This document shows, piece after piece, positions 26,796 to 38,870 of a stretch of DNA of 64,000 nt. The stretch is taken from contig NC_042997.1 of the NCBI RefSeq assembly GCF_006345805.1, positions 145,948,001 through 146,012,000 on the forward strand, read 5' to 3'. The notes beneath the pieces were generated by a model. The model was not told the origin of the DNA. It worked only from the letters and a program-made list of their open reading frames with translations, and did not search any database. This DNA is from Octopus sinensis (lineage: Eukaryota). Numbering within the stretch: the stretch's first letter is position 1; every line of letters starts with the position of its first letter. The position numbers and the translations under genes were made by a program.

Positions 26796-27949
26796 CTAGC
26801 AGCATAGCTCGACGTTGCCCAGGTATGTAAGAGCCCCTAGTAGGCAACGACTAATCCCAATCTAGTCCTTTCCCTCTAGGGAACGAAGGCGCATGTGTAG
26901 GTTGCAATGTCTTCTCTTCACTCCCAAATAACTATCAAACAGCTATCGATAATTCAACCCAACCAATTCCTACCAGGAAGAAATTACATTCGAGACTTTA
27001 CCCCCAACACCGCCACTTCTGCTAATAGCTGCTGCAGCCGCAAGTTATTCGAATACTTTATTGTTTAAACTTTCTTTATAACTACCACCCCAAACGTTTT
27101 ACCTTAAATTTTTGACGTACCCTAAGGGTACTCGGATGCTACTTGCAAACTCTTGGTTTATTATAAACCGCTTTTGTCGTGTGCACCAAAAAACCATTTC
27201 CATTCGTTTGTTCAGTTTGGTCATTTTTGACTTTTCGTTGTTGTCACTCACATTGCTGCTCACTTTTTTGTCATTTTTGTACATTTTTATACATTTTGGG
27301 ATACTTACCCCACGTGTTCCGAGAGTTAAAAAGGTCGAGTTGCGTCCCCTAGACAGTCTGTGGTATGTGTTTAATACACAAATCGGTTTGCTATGTGTGC
27401 CACATACGATTTAATTAACCGATTTTTTCCAGTAATAAAGTATCCTATTGGAATAAAAAGGGCCATATAGCTCCTTGGAGCAGACATGATGCTCGCTGTG
27501 AATTAAAAAAAAAACTCCTGATAATTTGTGAAAGATATTGTCGAAAATATGTCATCTTAAATTTGAACGCGATTTCCCAAAATGGCATGATTTTATCGAT
27601 TTTTTCTGATGGTAAGGTATTGCATGGAAAACTAACGTCAGAATTAAGTTTCTTAGGGTAACATTAAGCTTCACCATGAGTTTGGTGAAAATCGATTGTA
27701 AGTTGCAAAAACTACAACAGAAAATGTGTTGCATATAAAAAGCTTAGATTCTCGACCCCATGTCGAATTTATCGATTCTTTTCAGAACTGGGGGAACTTT
27801 TCAAAATTTTCGCTGCGTTAGTTTTGAATTATGACATTGGGCTATGTGTGTGTCAAGTTTCATCAGAATTTGTGGAAAGCCGTGGTCAGGGTAAGGGTAC
27901 AATCTGACAGACACACAGACAGACAAACTGCCGTTTATATATATAGAGA
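26796..27949 (-). mobile_element. Non-autonomous Helitron, apparently complete (1154 bp)
   Basis: The minus strand starts A|TCTCTATATATATAAA with a (GTCT)n tract and ends cctgggcaacgtcgag (degenerate hairpin)-ctatgctg-CTAG|T. It is inserted between A and T with no TSD. Confidence 0.8.
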
Positions 27950-28675
27950 TAATGTAATCCAGTAAAAATTTGGAGAACTTCAAGTTGCAGAATATAACAG
28001 TTAGTGAAATAAAAAAATGCAACTCACAACGACCATATTAACCTTAAAAAAATGCTGCACAGATCCAGTGAAAATTATTAGAACACACAGTTGGAAATGG
28101 GTTTCGGCAAAATGCGCGCACATTGATACACACATACATATAGTCATAGAAATATAATTTAAAGCGTGCACACCAATCGCTTTCACGTGCATAGAGCCTT
28201 TTTCCTTCTGACCTTAAAGTCCGGTCACTTCTCTCATGAATTGATATGAATTAATATGTATTATTTTGCCAAATATTTATCATTTTTGTTTTTTTTTGTT
28301 TTTTTCTAAAGAAGTGCTTAAGATTGAAACTTCATAAATATCCAGCTTTTATTGTCTGAGTGTCATCCCTTGCAAACTATTGTCGTTTGTTTTCATCTTC
28401 TTTTACTTGTCGTATTTCCTTGACGTCAATTTTGCAATTCCTCTCCCTATAAATAAATGAATAAACGAATGTGTGTGTGTGTATGTGTGTGTGTGTGTGT
28501 GTGCGCGTTTGTGTGTATGTATGTGTGTTGCTTGCGTGCTTCCATGCGCGTGAAGGTGTATGTATAGTTCGCTACAGAAATTTAGAAATAGAATTCGATA
28601 CATATCAATTGATGCTGCAGACGCATATGTGCACCAATGGAACTGGGAGTCATGTGGAGTTGGGTGAACTTGCGA

Positions 28676-28718
<43 letters not shown>

Positions 28719-28803
28719 TATATATATATATATGTATATGTATATATATATATGTATATGTAGTATATGTATATATATGTAAATGTATATGTGTGTGTAT
28801 GTG

Positions 28804-28860
<57 letters not shown>

Positions 28861-28991
28861 TATACACATATATATATATATATATAATATATATATATAT
28901 AATATATATATATATTATATATAATATATATATATATATATATACATACATACATACACAAACACACACACACACATAATATATATATATA

Positions 28992-29400
28992 CGCACAGGG
29001 GTGGCATGGTTTCGGGTTCAGCCCCACTGCGTACCACCTTAGGCAAGTGACTTCTACTATAGCCTCGGGCCGACCAAAGCCTTGTGAACGGATTTGGTAG
29101 ATGCAAACTGAAAGAAGCCCATCATATGTGTGTATATATATAAGTATATATATGTATATTTGTCTGTGTGTATGTGTGTGTGTTTGAGTGTTTGTGTTTG
29201 TCCCCGCCCCCATTATCGCTTGACAACCGATGTTGGTGTGTTTACTTCCTCGTAACTTCGCGGTTCGAAAAAAGACACCGATAGAGTAAGTACTTAAGTA
29301 CTAGGCTTACAAAGAATAAGTCCTGGGGTCGATTTGTTCGACTAAAGACCGTGCTTCAGCATGGCCGCCGCAGTCAAATGACTGAAACAAATAAAAGAAA
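28992..29400 (+). mobile_element. SINE family B with head deletion
   Basis: Matches 52421-52830 (gggttcagccccactgcg, gggccgaccaaagccttgtga, aaatgactgaaaca). Confidence 0.85.
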
Positions 29401-29528
29401 AAAAGAATATATATATATATATACCGGAGTAAACACATAAATGTGAAGCAAGGTGGAAAAAAAGAGTACTCAAATACCAGTGGTAGAGTAATATGCTTTA
29501 TTTAAAGCAGCAGAAAATTCTACAAAAC

Positions 29529-29566
29529 CTGTTACTCTGAGTTTCGCGTTGCCGTTCATCGGACAG
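29529..29566 (-). ncRNA. Hammerhead-like motif (U4C), left arm of foldback
   Basis: Exact reverse complement of 29618-29655. Confidence 0.65.
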
Positions 29567-29617
29567 CTTTTGCTAGAATAGAACCGATATGTCATATCAG
29601 TTCTATTCTACCTAAAA

Positions 29618-29655
29618 CTGTCCGATGAACGGCAACGCGAAACTCAGAGTAACAG
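29618..29655 (+). ncRNA. Hammerhead-like motif (U4C), right arm of foldback
   Basis: CTGT-CCGATGA-A-CG[gcaa]CG-C-GAAAC-TCAGA-GTA-ACAG. GNRA loop II, near-palindromic ACTC-A-GAGT. Confidence 0.65.
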
Positions 29656-29681
29656 GTTTTGTAGAATTTTCTGCTGCTTTA

Positions 29682-29746
<65 letters not shown>

Positions 29747-30082
29747 TAATATTATATATATATATATATATGTATGTATTATATATATATTGTGTATATA
29801 TAATATTATATATATATGGTGTATATGTATATATATATATATATATATATTTATAAAAAACACAGACATATATACCTACATACACACACACATGCACGCA
29901 CACAGATACACACCCACACACATCCACATTCATATCTGTAACTTGGGTACAGATTCCATATTGGAATTTCATGCCAGTTCTCAATAAATGAATATATATA
30001 AGCTTAATCCATAACTGTGAATCCGATATTTATTGACATTCAGTCCTCTAACTTTGAGTTCTGTATTGTAAGTGATAGACAG

Positions 30083-30092
30083 AGAGACAGAC

Positions 30093-30173
<81 letters not shown>

Positions 30174-30190
30174 GATAGATAGATTGATTG
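30083..30190. repeat. (GATA)n microsatellite
   Basis: Directly visible. Confidence 0.95.
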
Positions 30191-30519
30191 ATTGATTGAT
30201 TGATAAATAGATAGTCGGGTAAATTATATGTATGCATTCCATATAAGCAGTTATTGACTGGCCAGGTTGCCAGCTTGCCCGATGGCAAGTTGTCCCTTGC
30301 GCCATTATATGGGGCCCCATGTTAGTATGTAAGGGGCACATCCCCTCAAGTTTGAAAATGTTTTATTCACTCTTGGAAGAATGCATTATTTCAACATGGC
30401 TGTGTTTGTAGACAGTTGAAAAGAATACTTTTAACAAAGATAAATAAATAAATGATAGCGTTGTAGTTGCGGGTGGGCCTCCTTCCTCTCCTGGCAAACA
30501 ATATTTTTAGACCCAATCC

Positions 30520-30800
30520 GCCACTGCATATAAGAAGCTTCTTTCATACAGGTTCCTTCTTATCAGCTGCTCAAAAATTACCGTAATGGAATCTTCGAGA
30601 AGTTATTTAATGTAGATTAATAGGCCGTCACAAAATTCTTTCCAAATTTCTTTTATAGTTTATCAGTTCGTCTTTAGAAATTGTTTCAGGGCATTAGACT
30701 AATTTTAATTAACTTACTATTGTACTATATGGCACACAGTACTGGTGAGCAAATATTTTTCTTAAAGTTACTAATAGTACTCAGCTTCGATGTTGTTACC
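30520..30800 (+). mobile_element. Possible Tigger/pogo DDD-domain relic
   Basis: LFNVD**A (cf. IFNxDETGL) and VSGH*TNFN*LTIVLYG (cf. PGxKxxKxRLTxLL). Heavily degraded. Confidence 0.3.
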
Positions 30801-31360
30801 CTTCATTTCGTCTATCGCCAAAAGATGTTGATTCTTAACAGTCCCATTCATCAATTTGATTAGATTCAAACAGGCTTATGAAATTATCAAAGCTTATGAA
30901 CTTTGATGTGATTTTATGATCTGAATATCCATTCACCCTTTTGGCCATCTTATTCATGTCTCGATAGTACTGAACAACAAAACTATTTATTATTCACTTA
31001 AAAACTTCAATAGATTCGTAGCAATTTCAAAATAAGATAGTGAAATACTAAAAAGAGAAACATTTACAAAAAGAAGTATTCGGGGTTAGAACTATCTTTG
31101 AGCGTGAAAAAAAAAGGAAGAAAAAAAGAAAAGAAAAGGAAAAACCAAAAATCAATGCATTATTTCAAATCTTTGCAGACAAAATATAAAATACATTTTC
31201 CTTTTATCATTTCATTTTACATAATTTACTTCATAAATATTCCTTTCATCTAAACCCTTGACATTAGTTATATATCAATAGAACAATATATCTTTAGTGT
31301 TCCATACGCATAGACACACACAAAAACACTCACTCACTCATTCGCTCTCTTTCTCTCCCC

Positions 31361-31404
<44 letters not shown>

Positions 31405-31763
31405 ATGTATATATATATAAATACATATACAATATATATGTATGTATCAGCTCTTTTTAGAATTAACTCGTTTTTCACCTCTCTAGAACAACCGGCTTCA
31501 TGAACTATTGGTTGTCTGAAAGGAAATTATAAATGTATATCATAAATATTCTTCAGACCAGTTATACAAATAAATACAATGGAAATAACAAAGAACAAAG
31601 ATGGACTAAAGTAATTCAGTACAAATTATTGTAATTATTTCATTAAATAAGTTTTGTGCTTATGTTTATGATATATCATTATTATTACACTTTGATCTAA
31701 GTCTGGACACGCAGGAAACACAAGAGACGTTCACAAAAACATACTTACTGAATCACAAGGACA

Positions 31764-31808
<45 letters not shown>

Positions 31809-31884
31809 TAGGCATTGGCGCGCGAGCGTGCGTGTGTGCGTGTGGGTGTGAGTGTTTGAGTGGGTGTTTTTGTGTGCATGTGTA

Positions 31885-32125
31885 TGGTGGTGTGTGGTTA
31901 GGTGGGTAGGAGTATTGCACTCGTGATCGTAAGATTGTGGTTTCGATTCCTGAACCGGGCGATGCGTTGTGTTCTTGAGCATAACATTTCATTTGACGTT
32001 GTTCCTGTCCACTCAGCTGGCAAAAATGATTCACCCTGCAAGAGACACAAATACTCCCCTTTCGGTGGGGAATATATACATCCATCACAGAAGCCGGGAA
32101 ACTGGTATTATCAACCTATGGCCTG
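31885..32125 (+). mobile_element. SINE family C-related
   Basis: gattgtggtttcgattcctgaaccgggcga...gttcttgagcataacatttcatttgacgttg. Confidence 0.75.
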
Positions 32126-32146
32126 AGGCGGACCTTTGGGTTTTTT

Positions 32147-32189
<43 letters not shown>

Positions 32190-32369
32190 TTGTGTGTGTG
32201 TGTAAATCTATATATGTGTATGTGTGTATGCGTGTTTGTGTATGTCCATATACATATATATTAATTCACACACACACACACACACATAAATATATATTCA
32301 TGCAAGCATACATATATACATATATAAATACATTCATATATATAAGTGCTTTTGTGTGTGTGTGCGCGC

Positions 32370-32401
<32 letters not shown>

Positions 32402-33187
32402 GTCTGTGTATACTTGAACGCATACCATACAAAGTGTTTCGGGTGTTTGACTTGTAGTCAGGAAATCCTGTGTCCTAATAATCTTGCGTGGCATTTTGAG
32501 TAAGAGTCTGTAAACGTATCCTCTATTTGGCTTATGACTTGTGACTGAAATTGCATTAACGGAAACCACGTGGAAGCCGGTCGTATTGGGGTGCACTTCG
32601 AATACAAGAATATCAACATCGTAAAGCACTGTACCATACTGATCCTACTTGAATAACGTATTAACGATTCAAGGGTTTGTGACGGCACTTAATCACTTAG
32701 ACTATAATTCAATGAATCTGGATTTTAGATATATCTATCAACTTTTTTATGTATGAATAAGCGTAAATATATTTTAGTTTCAGAATTAATTGGTTTCCAC
32801 TCAGATAGAAGAGCTGGCTTCACGAAATGTCTGTTGTATAAAAGGAAAAATTATAAATGTATATCATATATGTCGTTCAGACTAGTCATACAAATAAATA
32901 CAATGGAAATAACAGACAACAAAGATAGACTGAAGTAATTTAGTAAAAATTATTGTAATTATTTCATTAAATAAGTTATGTGCTTATGTTTATGATATAT
33001 CACTATTATTACACTTTGATCTAAGTCTGGACACGCAGGAAACACAAGAGACGTTTACGAAAACATACTTATTGTATACACACACACACTGAGACACACA
33101 TTTCTGTGTCTCTCTCACTCCCTGTCTCCCATTCGCTCTTTGTATATATTTCTGTGTAACTGATATATTACAGCTACATTACACACA

Positions 33188-33218
<31 letters not shown>

Positions 33219-33244
33219 CACACACACACACACACCACACACAC

Positions 33245-33291
<47 letters not shown>

Positions 33292-33398
33292 CTATACTAT
33301 TTCTTCTAATGCATAAATTTGGTAGACAATGAAAATATATAAGTTTTCATCTTAAGTGATATCAATTGATGAATGATTAATCACACACAAACAGATAC

Positions 33399-33433
<35 letters not shown>

Positions 33434-33550
33434 TGTATGTATGTATACATATGTATGTATATTTATGTATATATATATGTATGTATGTATATACATATAT
33501 ATATATATATATGAAGGTGCTTAGAGAGAAATGTATATGGTGTATGTATG

Positions 33551-33614
<64 letters not shown>

Positions 33615-34599
33615 GGTGCTTAGAGAGAAATGTATATGGTGTATGTATTGATAGTATGTGTACGTGTTTAAACAATGATTCTTACAAAACTAATTTAATT
33701 TCCTTCTTTACTTTACTTCTCAAAATGTGGTTAGATTTAGAGGAAGTTCAGAGTTTATATACAAGAATACAGTTTTGATGTAATGGGTTAATAGTTGTCA
33801 CCGTGTCCTTCCAGAGGGGAGGGGTAGCAATATTGGAATTTGAACGATGAATGAAACTCATAGACTGGTTCATTAGCGTCTATGCTTATACAAAAAGAAA
33901 GATGTGAATTCTAACTACTTTAAAAACCTAATCAAGAAGTTCTTGAGGAACATATTTTGTTCGACCACTCGCATCTGTCTGTCAATTAACAAATTTTGAA
34001 AGAATCATCCAAATACTATACTATTGCCCTCCAAAAATGTAGCATTAATGATAAGAACGTTTGCATAGATTCCATAAGTAAAAACCAGAAATAGTTATAC
34101 CAAATATATATCTGTATTCGTATAGCTCTCCTTACAACATGGCTGTTGTAAACAGAATAGCTAGAAGCTTCTTCACGCTCGTCAGAAAAACACTAATACA
34201 ACATAGATACAACAAAATTCCACAGACATGGTGGTGATGTCTGTTGGGCTTGCTCTGAAGGGGACGGAGTGACAATGGGTGCTCATAGAACGCCTGAGGA
34301 TTGCTGACATGAGAAACTATAACAAATAGCTACTAACAACAGTCATGTTGCTACTTTCTTTTAGTTTGTGTAGTGGACGAGACTGAAACGAATGAAGACC
34401 CTTTCATCTTCGGCCAAGCCCTCATCGACATCCTTAGTTCTACTTCGAAGGGAAGTTGAGGGTAGAGTGGGAGATTCTGCCTCCAGTATATTTTTTTAAT
34501 TATGAGTGAATGTGGCGATTAAGCCTTCTTTGAGCCTGGGCCGACAAGTTGAAGAGAACGATGTTAGGATTCCTTTTATTAAAATTTTCTTGTCAATTC

Positions 34600-34725
34600 T
34601 TATTGGTTCGACTCTGCCTTTCATTCGTTTGGGGTTGATAAATTAAGTATCAGTGAAACACTGGCGTCCACGTAATCGACTAGTCCCTTTCCCTAAATTT
34701 CAGGATTTGTGTCTTAAGTAGAAAA
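34600..34725 (+). mobile_element. SINE family A, 3' part
   Basis: ggttcgactctgcctttcattcgtttggggttgataaattaagta...cctaaatttcagg. Confidence 0.75.
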
Positions 34726-34726
34726 G

Positions 34727-34849
<123 letters not shown>

Positions 34850-34975
34850 GTCATCATTACCTTTGCACAGCTTTTAACGCCGGGGATGTAGTACGGTGTC
34901 AGCTGTTCCCTACCAGTGAACTAAGGTGACACTTCTTATTTTTCGAGCACCTTCCGGAGTATTCGAGCGGTTCTT
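34850..34975 (-). mobile_element. R4/Dong-type LINE, extreme 3' end (5'-truncated)
   Basis: Near-identical to 38880-38993, the 3' end of the longer R4-type copy. It abuts (TTA)n. Confidence 0.8.
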
Positions 34976-35650
34976 AAATGTTCTTTATTTTCAACTTTTG
35001 CCTTGTACTTGAGATAATCATAAATATGTGGTTGTTGAAGGAGCTAGTTGGATAGCAGCTTGGTGAATAGATCATGTTCTACAGGTTTATAAGTAGATTC
35101 GGTAGATGGTAGGGAGGTCAGCCATAGAGACGAAAGTATCTTGCATCCTTTGGGTCAGCAGAGGTCAAATGTGTTTATTACTACCAGTGATCACTGAGAG
35201 CGCTACTTTGGCCTTGAAAAGAAACAATTCACCTGTTTGTAATTACTGGTAGAAAAACAATAATATATATATACTTAAACACACCTTTTATCTTTTATTG
35301 CAGCAACACAATTGAATTCAGAATTGTTGCAATAAAAGATAAAAGGTGTGTTTACGTATTTGGGTTATATATTAAAGTTTTAAACTTTTCTTGAGATGTT
35401 CATTTGTCTGTCCAATTGGAGAATACAGTATGACTTTTGCAGTGAAAAGGATGTTTACATTTTCGAGTTGTAGATAGTAAGATTGACTAAATATGGTCTT
35501 TTTTATGAATGCACAGGGAGAAATGGTAGTGTTCTTAGAATAAAAAGGTGGATGATGTTTGCATTTTCGAATACGCAGGGAGAAAGGAAAGGATAAGTAT
35601 TCACAGTAGCTGTAGCTATTAAAGGTTTTGAAGCAGAAATATCGGTGTAG

Positions 35651-35815
35651 CAAATATTCTGCTCAATACCAGAGATTTGCTTGTCAGTTGCCTGATCTTA
35701 ACCACTTGTGCATGCCTCTTAGCGGCTGACGATATATGCATCTCTGATGATGAACAGCAGTAGTGGCGAAGCATCATCGCCATGTGCTGAGAGGGATTCT
35801 TTGGGGTGTGAATAA
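35651..35815 (+). repeat. Partial second copy of the repeat at 1-520
   Basis: See the feature at 1-520. Confidence 0.6.
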
Positions 35816-36070
35816 ATATCGTAACAAAAGCAAAGTTTGAAATTTAGCCATTCTTGATACTTTCTATGAGTAAGCGAATAGGAAATAATAGTTGCTATCC
35901 AAGGACAAAATTTCGTGTCACATTGTGTTATTTTCGAACAGTTTTCTCTATACCTTCTTTTCGTTTAATCCTAGTCTTCATTTTTAAAATCTGGATTCTT
36001 ATTACAAGATTTTCTTTGAGGTTCACGTTAACTTGAAGAGTTTCTAGTGGCTTATATGTTTACCTTTATC

Positions 36071-36277
36071 TTTTACTTGTTTTAGTCATAGGTATCTAGC
36101 CATACTGAGGGCATCGCCTTGATAGATTTAGTTGAACAAATCGATCTCAGTACTTGCCGTTTTAAAAATCTGTTATTTGTTCTATCCGTAATTTTGTTTC
36201 TGAACTGTGACATGGACGGGGATACAAACAAACCTACACTGGTCATCAAGCAGTGGGAGGTATAAACGCAAAGATAC

Positions 36278-36338
<61 letters not shown>

Positions 36339-36485
36339 CAGGATTCTACATGGTTTCTGGTGACCAAATTCCCTCAGCTAAGGGATATAGTAGAAGACAC
36401 TCGCTCATAGTTCCACGCAGCGAGACTGAACCCGAAACCACATGGTTGCAAAGTGATCTTCTTAACTATACAGACATGCCTGTGC
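36071..36485 (-). mobile_element. SINE family B, decayed
   Basis: Head ccacgcagcgagactgaacccgaaaccacatggttg, with an internal (CA)n. Confidence 0.75.
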
Positions 36486-36524
36486 TTATATTTGTTTCAT
36501 TAATAACTTCAGACGTCGTTACAT

Positions 36525-36740
36525 ATTTGTTTCAAATTTTGGCACAAGGCCAGCAAATTCGAGGGAAGGTGTAAGTCGATTATATCGACACCAGTATTCA
36601 ACTAGTATTTATTTTACCGACCCCGAAAGGAATGAAAAGGAAAGTCAATCTCGGCGGAATTTGCACTCAGAACGTAAGACGGACGAAATGTTGCTAAGCA
36701 TTTTGCCCGGCATGCTATCGATTCGTCCAGCTCACTGCCA
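36525..36740 (-). mobile_element. SINE family A
   Basis: ggcacaaggccagcaaattc...ggcggaatttgcactcagaacg...cagctcactgcc. Confidence 0.85.
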
Positions 36741-37907
36741 GTTCATTGCCCTCAAAGTCCTTATACAGTAAGAATTAATTTCCTTTTGTGCTTTATTAAC
36801 TGAAAACTCTATTTATTTAACCTAGAATCTAAATCTCTGAATTAAAATTCTTCTGATAATCTTCTCACCACCACAATTAAAGTCGCTGAGCGCAGTTAAC
36901 GTTAGACAAACTACCCACCCTGTTTCCATAGACTTTGATATTTATATTTCCGCACCTTCACCTCAACTTCTTCCTTTGCTCTATGGTCTTTTAATCCTTC
37001 TTTTTATTAATTAACTAAAAGTATGTTTCATTCTAAATAACCGAGTACACTTCTTTCATGATTCATTAACATTAGAATATAGCTGTATTTCTCAACCAAG
37101 TCAATAACGTTGCACCTGCTTTTATTGCTAAATAATTATTAATTTAAGAACTTTTCTTTTCTTAACGATCAGTAATTTCAGAACTTTACCTTTGATTTAA
37201 TTGTTTAATAATTATTTATGTAGCCGTTAACTTATTCATTCATTATTTATTCATTAATACAAGCATCTAAATTATCCTTGGTGTTCAGTAATTATTAACG
37301 GTATTATTTATTTATGAATTAACATACACGTTTGTCAGAAGTATCGATGAAAAGCTAAACCTCAGAATATATATATATATGTATGTATATATACATATAT
37401 GTATGTATGTATTTTTGTATATAATCTCATTAATATCTGTACCTAAAATACATTTAGATTAAATTACTGCTGTGTTAAATATTCATAATTTGAATGCCAA
37501 ACGTAGACCGGCTCTAATTGTAATACTTTTGTCCTCGAGAAACTTGTGAAAGAGACTTGCGAGTTTAAAATACAGAGCTTCATCAAAACACCGTGGTATC
37601 GCTGACTTTACGACATACTTTGGTTGTCTCACAAACGAATATCCCGAGCGTTTAATGCTAATACTTGTTTCGATGTAGAAATCGATAAACAAAGCATTTA
37701 CTGATCTGTGCAAAAGTTAACCAGGCTAGAGTTAAAATAATATATGCACTTGAAACATCATTACATCAAAAATTACAATATAAAATTTCTTGAATATCAA
37801 TATAAGAATTAATTAGGAAAAAAAAGATAATATAACACGCGCGCGTGCACGCACGCACTTGAGCGCGCACATCCACACAGATACACACATATATTTGTAT
37901 ATATGTA

Positions 37908-38207
37908 AAGGTGTATATCTCAGTCGTTAGAACATCGGGCTTACAATCACGTGGTTGTGAGTTTGATTCCCGGACCGAGCTGTGTGTTGTGCTCTTGAGC
38001 AAGACTCTTTATTTCACGTTGCTCTAGTTCACTGGTGCCAAAGTGTTTCGGGCTTTGCTTTTCCCTTGAATAAAATTAGTGGTGTGGAGAGTAGAGACTG
38101 GTATGTATGGGCGACTGCTGGTCTTCTACACACAACCTTCCCGGAATTTATGCCTTAGAGGGAAACTTTCTAGGTGCAATCACATAGTCATTCATAACAG
38201 AAGAGGA
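37908..38207 (+). mobile_element. SINE family C
   Basis: tRNA head, gctcttgagcaagactctttatttcacg, and tail gaaactttctaggtgcaatcacatagtcattcataac shared with 1540-1640. Confidence 0.8.
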
Positions 38208-38772
38208 GTTTTATATTTTCTTAAATTCGAATTTTTTTTTATCGAAAATATACTTTTGTACAATGGTAGAACACCTCTCATCTCTACAGATGTGGGTTCG
38301 TGTTACCGGACAGTCCTTGGCTTTTTCTATCCGTACGGGGTTTTTTTTCAGCTCACTATTTACACGCTATTCTTTACAGGTTTATGTGTATTCGAGATAT
38401 CCCATATATTATACTTTATCTAGTTTCAGCTCACGAGCTGTGGCCATGCTGAGGCAATGATTAATATTATTTTGGTTTGACTCAGGTTCGGTCTAAGTCC
38501 TGATAGGATCTATGTGGGTAGCAAGTTACTACAAGGTAGCCTCAGTTATCGACAAATGTTCAGTAGCCTTTCAAGTGCTTAGAACCCTCTTGAATAATCT
38601 TTGCTGTCCCTGAGAGACATACTTTTTGTAGGATCTCTACAGTGCATTCTATTCTAATCTCCTTCGGCAATTTGTCTACATCTTTGGTTTCTATTCCCAA
38701 CGCACCGATTATTATAGGCATGACCTATACAGTTCTCATACTTCAACTTCTTCCATTTTTTAATTTTAAGGA

Positions 38773-38807
<35 letters not shown>

Positions 38808-38870
38808 TTTCGTCTGCTTTCTTTCCGATCCTGAAATGAAACGGCATGATAGGTCGATAAGTAGTTATCA

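Noticed and set aside
35372-35653. GIY-YIG fragment (PIGQTNEHL)
   Set aside because: One weak motif only.
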